A stretch of 47,560 nt of DNA, from the IMG/VR virus record IMGVR_UViG_3300022177_000082, positions 1-47,560 of that record. One strand, written 5' to 3'. The stretch's first letter is position 1. Each line of letters begins with the position of its first letter. This document shows positions 1-8,097 of the stretch, piece by piece. Source of the DNA: a virus (taxonomy: Duplodnaviria; Caudoviricetes). A program made the translations under genes and the position numbers. The notes beneath the pieces are model-generated. The model saw only the letters and a list, made by a program, of their open reading frames with translations. It was not told where the DNA came from and did not search any database.

Positions 1-249
1 TCAGTCAGAATCAACGTCAATGGTCACCTTGCCAGGAACATTGGAGGTAGCAGGTCTGGCGGGCAGGCTCTCGGTGGGGTTGATGTTGATTGCCACCCCA
101 CCGCCGACGTCTCCATGGTCGGACTGCATGCCGATACACTTGGCCATGGTGTTGAGGGCCTGGTAGCGGACCGACTCAGCCCTGGCGTTCTGGGCCAAGT
201 TTGCCAGATGGGTCATAATCCCTATCTCCCCATGCCATGATTTTCTCAT
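1..249 (-). CDS. Hypothetical protein, possibly small-terminase-like, of the left element
   Basis: 82-aa ORF; helical 'RYQALNTMAKCIGM' followed by a 'VAININ' strand is reminiscent of TerS C-termini; weak. Confidence 0.3.
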   Translation of the reverse strand: MRKSWHGEIGIMTHLANLAQNARAESVRYQALNTMAKCIGMQSDHGDVGGGVAININPTESLPARPATSNVPGKVTIDVDSD

Positions 250-781
250 GATTCCATGACGATAGGTATCATATTCATATCGTCAATCAATAAGGGAAGT
301 TGTTATTGGCCGATCCTATTGAGGCAGCATATTCTATTGCACTGGTATAGTTGATATTTCTTCGGTTACGCATAGGCTTGCAGAAAAATATACTAACAAG
401 AACCGTGCCAAGTTACACGGGCGAAGGCCCTCCGATACTACAATGGAGGGCCTTAAAATTTATTTGCCATTTTTCTTGTAACAAATATCTTCCATACAAA
501 ATGATCGAAAGTGGGTTAAGTGATTGTCATTGCAATAGACATGGCTATTTTACCCATGATATGCAGTGCTGGCCTATCTCGGAAGGGTGTTAGACACAAC
601 AAGACTTTCTCAGGAAACACAAATGGCAAAATGAGTTCCCTGTGAAAGTCTGTGTCTGTCTGGAAAAAAAACTTTTATACAAATTTCACCTAACAATTAA
701 TTATTGGCATTAGACTTGCTTTATATATAAGGAGCATACTTGTAGCGTCCTGTGTGCCATGCCAACAACATGGGTTAGGGT

Positions 782-813
782 AAAAAAATGGCCCCCTTTG
801 TTGAGGGGGCCAT
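782..813 (-). terminator. Intrinsic terminator after the 834-1160 gene
   Basis: aatggccccct-ttgttg-agggggccatt hairpin with a preceding A-run (U-tract on the minus strand). Confidence 0.7.
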
Positions 814-833
814 TGGGGGGCATATTGGGCTGA

Positions 834-1160
834 TTAATTCAGGATTTTTTGCGCCTGAGCAAGTCGTTCATCGGTGAACGGGGCACACCAAATCTTTTCT
901 CTCCAGTGCCAAAAGAAACCCAATGCCTTTAGCGCACACTTAGCTGTCTCTGTCGGTTTGCCAGTGATTTCAATCCACACACTGGTGGCTATTGTCATGC
1001 AGCCTTTGGGTTTGGGCTTGGGAGTAGCGACATGCTTCTTGATGCGCCTCACCATAGCTGCCATCGACCTTCCCTTAGCCACAATCCGCCCCCTGTGTTC
1101 CAGGTGCCAAGTGGTCTTGCCGGGATTCGGCTGGAACCAGGGGAGTTTGATCCTGATCAT
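834..1160 (-). CDS. Hypothetical mobile-element protein
   Basis: 108 aa, GAGGGAG RBS; C-terminal 'GKP...LKALGFFW...IW' motif common in small phage/plasmid proteins. Confidence 0.6.
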   Translation of the reverse strand: MIRIKLPWFQPNPGKTTWHLEHRGRIVAKGRSMAAMVRRIKKHVATPKPKPKGCMTIATSVWIEITGKPTETAKCALKALGFFWHWREKIWCAPFTDERLAQAQKILN

Positions 1161-1169
1161 CTCCCTCCC

Positions 1170-1373
1170 TCATCCAGATTCAGAATGATTGCGGGGGGTG
1201 AGTTGGCCGTTCGCCCCCCGGATGGCCCAACAGCCCCCACTGAACTGGTTGGCTGTGTCCTCGTCTATGCCGACGCAGAGCACAAAGTCGTCATGGGACG
1301 CCACAATACCAGCATCCGGGCAGTCCCAAATTCCCCACCCCCGGTCCCTGAGTTCGGATACGGTCTCATTCAT
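1170..1373 (-). CDS. Hypothetical protein
   Basis: 67 aa, tightly packed between neighbours, GAGG RBS. Confidence 0.5.
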   Translation of the reverse strand: MNETVSELRDRGWGIWDCPDAGIVASHDDFVLCVGIDEDTANQFSGGCWAIRGANGQLTPRNHSESG

Positions 1374-1374
1374 C

Positions 1375-2997
1375 TCATATCCTCAATTCGCTCTTCCGTT
1401 TCGCTGCGGCCTGTTCAAGGTATGCCGCTTCATTCCACAGCCCCCCTGGGACCTGCCAGAGTCTGATCTGTCGTCGGAGAGGCTGGACCCATACCTTAAC
1501 CGCCTTACACCCAATCCGGGTCAAGAGTTGAGCCAAGGTAGAGCCGTCCGGAGAGACGAACATCTTCGTGTCCATGAGATGCTTACGGATCACCGGCAGT
1601 GAGATGTGTGCTTGATTGTTGATAAACATGGGGCGGCCGGTGTTGAGGATATCTTGAGAGTCAAGCTCCACGTCTGTGGGCGGCACCTCGGTGAGATATT
1701 CAGCAACATACCCCTTGAGTTGCCCGATGACAGTCGCCTCTTCCCCGGTTGTGATGGTCTCACAGGCGTTCAGGATGCACTGCACGATGTTGTCCCAGTC
1801 CTTGGGCTTGTAGCGTGACAGGACCACGCCGCACACGTCCATGAGCTTCTGTCGGAATCGGCTCTGCATGTTCAGGTCGGTGGCGTAGACGACCAGGTCA
1901 ACCCCACCGATGACCAGGACATATTGTTTCCGGTCCCCGGCGTAGGCGTAGATGCGCTGGATCGGCAGGCCCAGGCGGTCGACTAGGTGGGAGATCATGC
2001 TCAGACGCTTTTCCGCTTCAGATAGCTCCTCCGCCGTGTCATCTCTGCCCTGTCTGGGGAGTATCCCGTTAGCCATGATGCGCCTGGCGGCCTCGGCCCG
2101 GGCGATAGAGTCAACGGTTGCGTTGATCTCCGTCACGGGCATAGGTGGCCGGTTGAGCATGTTCCAGGCCAGGAGGATTTGCTTGACTCGGTCTTTGGGG
2201 AGCGCCGCCTGTCCCAGGTAGTAGCCGGCCAGCTTCGCACAGGTGGAGTTGCGCAGGCCGGATTCTACGCCCATCATGGCGACCCCCACCCAATCCCCTT
2301 CATCGACGAGTTCGGGATCGTGTAGGACGACCCGGCCGTCTGCCGGGACCTCGCCGTCTTCAGGGGGCGCAACCTCGCCCCGGTCGATGAGCTCCAGGAG
2401 CCATTCCGGGCAGGGGGCCACGTCTACGTCGACCGGGGCAAAGCCATCCAGCCAGCGATATGTGGCCCCGGAGGGATGCACCGAGGGCGGCGCCACGACA
2501 TAACCGCCATCGCCCTTGATGTCGATTCCGGGGAGCTTGCGGATCATGTTCTTGACGACGCCACCCGGGTGGCGGAAATAGATGTGGGCCTTCCCGGGGC
2601 TGCTCTCGGCCCGGGGCGTGGGCGGCAGGAAACAGCCGTTCGCCTTCAGGTAGCGCCAACCGTCATCACTGTCGACATCGAGCACGACCAGGCCGGAGAC
2701 GGCCCCGCAGATCACGGCGACATTGGCTTGCGGGTGCTGGTTACGCCACAAGGATATCTCTGCCTCACTCGGTCTTCGGGTCTGGTATTGTTTCCAAGCT
2801 GAGATGAGTGGCTGCTTACTCATCGCCTTAATAGGGATGATGCTCCACCCCCTATCACAATAGATTTGACCTAATGGCCAAAGAGAATGCGTGCTCTCCT
2901 TACTTGGGGAAAGAGCATCGATCCTATCTACGTTGCCAGAACCAGGTCTGATTTCATAGGAGAGGTTATTGAAGAATCGTTGAGCTTCTGAGGTCAT
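1375..2997 (-). CDS. Bifunctional DNA primase/polymerase (Prim-Pol) with PriCT domain
   Basis: GWSIIPI, NVAVICG..SGLVVLDVD, HIYF, GIDIKGDGGYVVAPPSVHPSGATYRW, and 'G.RNST..KLAG' PriCT motifs; AGGAGG RBS. Confidence 0.9.
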   Translation of the reverse strand: MTSEAQRFFNNLSYEIRPGSGNVDRIDALSPSKESTHSLWPLGQIYCDRGWSIIPIKAMSKQPLISAWKQYQTRRPSEAEISLWRNQHPQANVAVICGAVSGLVVLDVDSDDGWRYLKANGCFLPPTPRAESSPGKAHIYFRHPGGVVKNMIRKLPGIDIKGDGGYVVAPPSVHPSGATYRWLDGFAPVDVDVAPCPEWLLELIDRGEVAPPEDGEVPADGRVVLHDPELVDEGDWVGVAMMGVESGLRNSTCAKLAGYYLGQAALPKDRVKQILLAWNMLNRPPMPVTEINATVDSIARAEAARRIMANGILPRQGRDDTAEELSEAEKRLSMISHLVDRLGLPIQRIYAYAGDRKQYVLVIGGVDLVVYATDLNMQSRFRQKLMDVCGVVLSRYKPKDWDNIVQCILNACETITTGEEATVIGQLKGYVAEYLTEVPPTDVELDSQDILNTGRPMFINNQAHISLPVIRKHLMDTKMFVSPDGSTLAQLLTRIGCKAVKVWVQPLRRQIRLWQVPGGLWNEAAYLEQAAAKRKSELRI

Positions 2998-3467
2998 ACA
3001 CGCCCTCCTTGGCGTAAGAAGTTATTACTTAGTTAGAACCGGTATACAAACGGGCTGATTGCTTATTAGCTATTGGATTGCCCTCTTAAGCAGAAAAAAT
3101 TCTCCTCCAAGGACCTTTCCAAGTCGTTCCCCAGGAACAGAACCCGACGTCCAAGTTTGATGAAAGGGATAAAACTCTACTTACACCACCTCCTGACAGT
3201 CAGCAGGCTAAGGCCCCCTAAAAAACTGCCCCGCCCGCTTGGCATCGAACAGACAATCGTCCATCGCAGTCTCCATATATGCTTATATCATATATACATT
3301 GTGGTGTCAAGTTTATGACTACCATATATTGTGCTTGCCTCATTCGACTGCATCGGCAAATTGGATTGCCCAGTTGACATATGATCGGGGTAAAGAATAA
3401 ATACCTTGAGGCTGTTGACTTTCTCTGGTAGCTTTTTTTTATGCTGAACGGAAAGGAGGTGATAAGA

Positions 3468-4577
3468 GTGGCGAATGTTCAGAAGGTCAGCCGCAAGGAT
3501 GGCAGGACGGCTTACCGTATTGACTACCGGTCCCCGGATGGCGGCCGGGTCCGCAAGACCTTCGACAAGAAGGTCGACGCTCAGGCCTACCTCGGGAAGG
3601 TCCTGGCGGCCAAGCGGGAGGGGCAGTATGAGGAAATCTTTGGCATCCCCGCCAAGGCGATCACTTTCGAGGAACTCGCCGGCCACTATGTCGAGAACTA
3701 CCGTGGTCAGAAGTGCTTCGAGACGTTCAAGCGGGCTCACGTCATGACCCTGCTGGACGTCTTTGGAAGGCGGCCGTTGTCGAAGATCACCTACCTGGAC
3801 CTGGAAAAGCTCCGTAACAACCGCAAGCTGACCCCCACCTGGAAGGGGACCGTCCGGGCGGATGCCAGCGTCAACCGTGAAATGGCCGTTCTCAAGCACA
3901 TGCTCAACAAGGCCGTGGAGTGGGGGATGCTGGAGGTGAACCCGTTCCGCAAGGGTAGCAGCCTCATGCTCAAGGAGAACAACAAGCGGATGCGCTTTCT
4001 CTCCGAGGGCGAGGTTGCGGCCCTGCTGCGGGAGAGCCCGGATCACCTGCGTCCCATTGTCCAGACGGCCCTCTTGACAGGCATGAGGTCAGGTGAGATA
4101 CTTACTCTCACGTGGGATCAGGTCCGAGATGGCATCATCTACCTAACCGAGACCAAGAGCAACAAGGGCAGGCAGATACCCGTCAATGGCTCCCTGGAGA
4201 TCATCTTGAAGGAGCTACGGCGGCGCTATCAGTTGCGCTCGTCTTACGTCTTCTGCAAGGAAGACGGGAGCCGCTACGGCTCCGTGAAGACGGCCTTTGG
4301 CAGCGCCTGCCGGCGGGCGGGGATAACCGGCTTCAGGTTCCACGATCTGAGGCACACCTTCGCCTCGCACATGGTCATGGCCGGAGTTGACATGAAGACG
4401 CTGCAGGAGATTCTCGGGCACGCTGACATCAAGATGACGATGCGTTATGCTCACCTGTCCCCTGGACACCTGCGTGAGGCCGTGCAGGCAGTGAACCATC
4501 TTGTGCGGACCGATGGACACCTTTTGGACACCCTGTCGCCGCAACGAAATGTCGCAAACACTAAGCAGTTGATATAA
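3468..4577 (+). CDS. int: Tyrosine integrase of the left (satellite-like) element
   Basis: TGMRSGE, HDLRH, LGH..MTMRY catalytic motifs; N-terminal arm-binding domain; GTG start after AGGAGGT. Confidence 0.95.
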   Translation: MANVQKVSRKDGRTAYRIDYRSPDGGRVRKTFDKKVDAQAYLGKVLAAKREGQYEEIFGIPAKAITFEELAGHYVENYRGQKCFETFKRAHVMTLLDVFGRRPLSKITYLDLEKLRNNRKLTPTWKGTVRADASVNREMAVLKHMLNKAVEWGMLEVNPFRKGSSLMLKENNKRMRFLSEGEVAALLRESPDHLRPIVQTALLTGMRSGEILTLTWDQVRDGIIYLTETKSNKGRQIPVNGSLEIILKELRRRYQLRSSYVFCKEDGSRYGSVKTAFGSACRRAGITGFRFHDLRHTFASHMVMAGVDMKTLQEILGHADIKMTMRYAHLSPGHLREAVQAVNHLVRTDGHLLDTLSPQRNVANTKQLI

Positions 4578-4578
4578 T
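4570..4578 (+). promoter_or_regulatory. Extended -10 promoter (TGnTATAAT) for the tRNA
   Basis: TGATATAAT ends 6 nt before the tRNA 5' G and contains the integrase TAA stop. Confidence 0.6.
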
Positions 4579-4584
4579 TAAAAA

Positions 4585-4661
4585 GCGCCCATAGCTCAGC
4601 TGGACAGAGCAACGGACTACGAATCCGTGTGTCGGGAGTTCGAATCTCTCTGGGCGCGCCA
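4585..4661 (+). tRNA. tRNA-Arg (anticodon ACG)
   Basis: Acceptor stem GCGCCCA/TGGGCGC, D arm TAGCTCAGCTGGA, anticodon loop CT-ACG-AA, T loop GTTCGAATC, encoded CCA; 77 nt. Confidence 0.97.
4615..4661 (+). repeat. attL core (47 bp)
   Basis: Identical to 47174-47220; starts at the anticodon arm. Confidence 0.95.
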
Positions 4662-4674
4662 AAATTGATAAGAT

Positions 4675-4712
4675 ATAAGGCGGTTAGACTTTAGGTCTGA
4701 CCGCCTTATTTT
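4675..4712 (+). terminator. Intrinsic terminator downstream of the tRNA
   Basis: ataaggcggttagac-ttta-g-gtctgaccgccttat hairpin followed by T residues. Confidence 0.8.
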
Positions 4713-4715
4713 CGT

Positions 4716-4739
4716 CAGTCGTGCCTTCAGTCGTGCTTT
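4716..4739 (+). repeat. Tandem 12-bp putative integrase arm-type site (copy 1)
   Basis: CAGTCGTGCCTT-CAGTCGTGCTTT; recurs at 6884-6907 and 47027-47050. Confidence 0.75.
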
Positions 4740-4756
4740 GGTTTGAGAGGCCGCAA

Positions 4757-5761
4757 TTATTGCCCCCTCATCTCCTTGGCGATGCCCCACACCTCCCGGT
4801 CGAACAGGTCAAAACCCTGGAAGATCTCTTCGTAGAAATTCAAGGCCGCCTGGGTGTAGAGGGCGATGGCCTTGATCTCCTGCCGGGCCTGGTCGGCCTC
4901 GGCGTCCTCGTGCTCCGCCAGCACCTTCCAGATCTTGGACTTCCGGTAATTGTCCCGCTTCAACAGGTCGTCCGGCAGCAGGCACAGCTCCTCGGTGGAC
5001 GGCGGCTCCACCCCGTCCAGCAGCGCCAGCACGATGAGCAGCCCGGCCCGGGCGTGCCGGGGGTTGGGGTGCAGAAAGCAGGCGTGCAGGCGTTTCAGCA
5101 CCCCCCGGGGCACCGGCAGGGGCTCGGCGTCGGAGCCGGGGGCGTACTGCGGCTCCGGAGCCGGCAGGGCCAGGGTCCCGCGCAGGTCCTCGGGGAGGTG
5201 GTCGTAAAACACCTGCTGCAATTGCGGGTCCGCCAGGATGCGCGCCAGATATTCTTTGCGCTTCAGGTGCAGGGCGTTCTTCAGGGCCGCCAGCTTCTCG
5301 CCCTGCCGGGCCAGCGTCTCCCGCAGCCGGCTGATTTCCTCCTCCCGAAAGCCGTCCGGCGGGGGAAGCTGCGGGGCCCGGGCCGCCTCCAGCTCCAGGA
5401 CCCGCCGCCGCAGCCGCTCCATGCCCGTGGTGAGCATATGCGAGGCCCAGTGGCGGAAGTGCTTGGCCCGGGGGGTGTCGGCAAAGAAACCGATCTTGTG
5501 CGCGGCCTGGAGATTGAAAACGCGGTATTGATGAAAACGGTTTTTGCCATCGGCGCTCCGCGTCGTCAATCTGACGACGCGGACAAGTCCCTCGAACTCA
5601 TCCCGATTGCGTTCATAAATTTTCATTACACCCTTGCGGGGTTCGGCAAATCCCAACGCCTTGCCGATGTCCTCGGCCGTGAACCATTCCTCACCCTCAT
5701 GTTCGATGACGTTCAATTGCACGTCTTCGAACGCCTCCTGCCGAATGATCTCTGCTGCCAT
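4757..5761 (-). CDS. Bro-N domain antirepressor-like protein (copy 1)
   Basis: 'EGEEWFTAEDIGKALGF' Bro-N motif, 'RAKHFRHW', coiled coil; AGGAGGT RBS; paralog at 25042-26079. Confidence 0.85.
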   Translation of the reverse strand: MAAEIIRQEAFEDVQLNVIEHEGEEWFTAEDIGKALGFAEPRKGVMKIYERNRDEFEGLVRVVRLTTRSADGKNRFHQYRVFNLQAAHKIGFFADTPRAKHFRHWASHMLTTGMERLRRRVLELEAARAPQLPPPDGFREEEISRLRETLARQGEKLAALKNALHLKRKEYLARILADPQLQQVFYDHLPEDLRGTLALPAPEPQYAPGSDAEPLPVPRGVLKRLHACFLHPNPRHARAGLLIVLALLDGVEPPSTEELCLLPDDLLKRDNYRKSKIWKVLAEHEDAEADQARQEIKAIALYTQAALNFYEEIFQGFDLFDREVWGIAKEMRGQ

Positions 5762-5815
5762 GACTACCTCCTACGTGATTTTTCGGGAATCGACAGTTCC
5801 CGTCCTAAAAAAACA

Positions 5816-5887
5816 AACCTGCCAGTGCTGTCGAGGCTCACGTAGGAGGCCCCCCGGCCCTCGCGGTAACCGGGACACTGGCAGGCT
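5816..5887 (-). ncRNA. C4-like antisense RNA (copy 1)
   Basis: Closing stem GCCTGCCAGTG/CACTGGCAGGT, GCGA-capped hairpin, second hairpin exposing TACGTGA plus adjacent CTCGAC; complementary targets at 5941-5955 and 5770-5796. Confidence 0.8.
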
Positions 5888-5961
5888 ATGTTTCTGGTTA
5901 AAAATTAAAAATGACCGCTTAAGCCGGGGGTCAGCCGCCTTACGTGAATCTCGACATTTTC

Positions 5962-5989
5962 ATTTTACCCGGCCGTCTGAAAAAGTCAA
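5962..5989 (-). promoter_or_regulatory. Sigma70 promoter for the C4-like RNA/bro operon (copy 1)
   Basis: TTGACT-16 nt-TAAAAT; hexamers conserved in copy 2 while the spacer varies. Confidence 0.7.
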
Positions 5990-6062
5990 TGGAGCACAAA
6001 ATTAATGATGCCGCCGAATATGCCGATTACTAAGTCGAGGTGAAGCGAAAGGGTGAATAACC

Positions 6063-6317
6063 ATGATCGGAATGCTTCAGATTATTACATACTTACTCTG
6101 CGTCTATCTCGTGTTCAAAGGCATTGAAATCTTTCAAATCGCCATGGCCAACAATGGTAACTTCCGCATACCTTGCCGGGTTTTGGGCATTGTTGCCGTG
6201 CTTGCCAGCATTTTCCTCGCCTTTTACTTTACTCATAAGATTGACACCCATGCCAATAGCGTTTCGGAAGGAATGAAATATCAAGAATTTCAGTTAAGAA
6301 AAAATTTATTTAGATAA
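6063..6317 (+). CDS. Small two-TM membrane protein (copy 1)
   Basis: 84 aa, two hydrophobic helices; near-identical paralog at 24204-24458. Confidence 0.8.
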   Translation: MIGMLQIITYLLCVYLVFKGIEIFQIAMANNGNFRIPCRVLGIVAVLASIFLAFYFTHKIDTHANSVSEGMKYQEFQLRKNLFR

Positions 6318-6348
6318 TCAATAAATAATAATATTGGAACTATGACAA

Positions 6349-6768
6349 GTGAACAAACCATCGTTAATAATAAAACTAATAATATTATTAATGTTGATTT
6401 CAATTGTAACATTGTTAGGATGCATCTCTGTTCCCATACCAAAGGAGGCCGGATCGTTTAAGGTTGGAGGTAATAAAATAATCGCCAGTGATGAGATTAT
6501 AAGTCATATAAGGCCGGGGATAACTACAAAAGATGAAGTTATTTCATTGATAGGAAAGCCGTTTGGCGTTACAATAGATAATAAAAATAATATAACAAAT
6601 TGGTCATATTTATATTATGAATTATATTCACACAGCCCAACCAATAGCAAACATGTAACATTATTTCTTAATTTTGATAAAAATGGCGTCATTTTGCCTG
6701 ATCCAAATGGGAAAACGAGGTTTAAAACAACATGCATTGAAGGAAAATCGTTTACGATTCGTGATTGA
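6349..6768 (+). CDS. Lipoprotein with BamE/SmpA-like motif
   Basis: Lipobox LLGC; 'IRPGITTKDEVISLIGKP...WSY' motif; very AT-rich. Confidence 0.7.
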   Translation: MNKPSLIIKLIILLMLISIVTLLGCISVPIPKEAGSFKVGGNKIIASDEIISHIRPGITTKDEVISLIGKPFGVTIDNKNNITNWSYLYYELYSHSPTNSKHVTLFLNFDKNGVILPDPNGKTRFKTTCIEGKSFTIRD

Positions 6769-6875
6769 TATATTTTAACATTATTAAGGTCACCTCTGCT
6801 TATCCCCCGGCCCGGCGGGAGTTGTCAAGAATTTCTTGAGGCCTCCTGTGTAAGCCGTCTCCAGCCCACAATCAC

Positions 6876-7904
6876 TTATTTTTTGATCGTGCTTTCAGTC
6901 GTGCTTTGTTCTGAGACGCCTTCCAGAAGCCCCATGGCTTGGCGGACCGAATCGCCCAAAGATTGGAGATAATGATCCGTGGTCGTGGCTCGTTCGTGGC
7001 CCAGGATTTTCTGGATATCGGTGAGGGAGGCGCCTTTTTGGGCCAGAGTGGAGGCGGTATGATGGCGAAAGTCGTGATAATTGATTTTGGGGATGCCAAG
7101 ACGCCGGCATGCGGTTGGGATGAATCTGTCCCGGTAATCGTAATTGCGGCCAGTTCTGGGATTAGTGAAAACATAGGGGCTGTTTTTATCTCGCTGCTCC
7201 CAGGCGTATTGCAGGGACTGCTCTACATCCGGCACCATGGGAATGAGCCGGGGAGTCCGGACTCCGTGTTTCTTTTTACGGGTCCACAGGCGGATCTGCC
7301 GGCGCTCAAAGTCGATGTCCTCCCAGGTGAGACCGTTGATTTCCCGTACCCGGCCCCCGGTGAGCCAGATGACGATGAGATAAGCCCGATCCAGGGCGCC
7401 CACGCTGAGGAGCAGTCGGGAGATATTTTCCCGGGGCGGAATGGTCTTTACGGCCTTTTCCACGGGGAATTTGGGAATGCCAAGACAGGGGTTGCGGTCA
7501 AGGAGCCCGTCCTTGACGGCCTGGCTGAAGACCGCTTTGGCGGCGGTGAGGTGACGGTTGGCGTTATGGTTGCCGAGCTCCCCGGCCAGGTCAATGAGCC
7601 GCTCCCGTAGCATCGCCGTGGTGATGGCATCGAGGGGCAGAGGCGCCCAATCGGCAAAGCGCCGCAGCATGGCCCGGTTGTCCCGGTAATGCTGCGGGGT
7701 GCAGTAGGCCTGGACCAGGTTCAAGCGGCTATTGCCCGCCTCCCCAAATGTTATGCGGGTCCGGCACTGGCGCAGCCGCTCTTTTTCTTTGGCTTCCGCG
7801 GCCTGGGCCTCGGCCTTGGTCAGAAAGTCGTACTGTCCGAGCCGCTTCCCCTGGTGCTTGAATTCGTAACTCCACTTGCCGCTTGGCCGCTTCCAGACGC
7901 CCAT
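6876..7904 (-). CDS. int: Prophage tyrosine integrase
   Basis: TGGRVRE, HDFRH, LGH...TTDHY catalytic motifs. Confidence 0.95.
   Translation of the reverse strand: MGVWKRPSGKWSYEFKHQGKRLGQYDFLTKAEAQAAEAKEKERLRQCRTRITFGEAGNSRLNLVQAYCTPQHYRDNRAMLRRFADWAPLPLDAITTAMLRERLIDLAGELGNHNANRHLTAAKAVFSQAVKDGLLDRNPCLGIPKFPVEKAVKTIPPRENISRLLLSVGALDRAYLIVIWLTGGRVREINGLTWEDIDFERRQIRLWTRKKKHGVRTPRLIPMVPDVEQSLQYAWEQRDKNSPYVFTNPRTGRNYDYRDRFIPTACRRLGIPKINYHDFRHHTASTLAQKGASLTDIQKILGHERATTTDHYLQSLGDSVRQAMGLLEGVSEQSTTESTIKK
6884..6907 (+). repeat. Tandem arm-type site (copy 2), inside the int 3' end
   Basis: TGATCGTGCTTT-CAGTCGTGCTTT. Confidence 0.7.
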
Positions 7905-8055
7905 AGATGATATCCCGGAAAAACTTCAGTTTGCCGAACTCCCGTGTGCCCCCGAACTGGTCGGCATTGTAGCGCAGCCACCGGGTGGAGACCTGGAGAA
8001 GATCGGCGGCCTCCTGGAGGGATATTAATGGGGAGATGGGAGTCGGGTCAATCAT
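7729..8055 (-). CDS. Excisionase-like HTH protein
   Basis: 'ISLQEAADLLQVSTRWL' Xis/MerR-like HTH; overlaps the int 5' end. Confidence 0.75.
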   Translation of the reverse strand: MIDPTPISPLISLQEAADLLQVSTRWLRYNADQFGGTREFGKLKFFRDIIYGRLEAAKRQVELRIQAPGEAARTVRLSDQGRGPGRGSQRKRAAAPVPDPHNIWGGGQ

Positions 8056-8097
8056 ATTTTAATCAGGTGTAATCGCACTACTCAATCTTCGTGCGGT

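Larger units (their letters stand above)
1..4584. mobile_element. Right end of a phage-satellite-like integrative element (continues beyond the window)
   Basis: Integrase plus divergent Prim-Pol and small ORFs; tandem TGGACACC repeats (4514-4532) and an IHF consensus (4562-4574) next to the tRNA. Confidence 0.6.
4766..6029 (-). repeat. Long inverted repeat of 24774-26070 (bro gene plus leader)
   Basis: Near-identical over most of its length when compared by eye; a second block 6063-6316 matches 24205-24458. Confidence 0.95.

Noticed and set aside
351-593. ORF 351-593 and ORFs in 3073-3440
   Set aside because: No RBS or motifs; AT-rich intergenic character.
4721-5845. Long ORFs antisense to the bro genes (also 25222-26109)
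   Set aside because: Shadow frames of GC-rich genes with no RBS or motifs; their duplication just mirrors the bro repeat.
5816-5887. IS110 bridge RNA, riboswitch or simple terminator reading of the structured leader
   Set aside because: No transposase nearby; the variable loops pair with sites in the same transcript, which fits C4-type antisense control better, although the closing stem plus U-tract may also terminate transcription.
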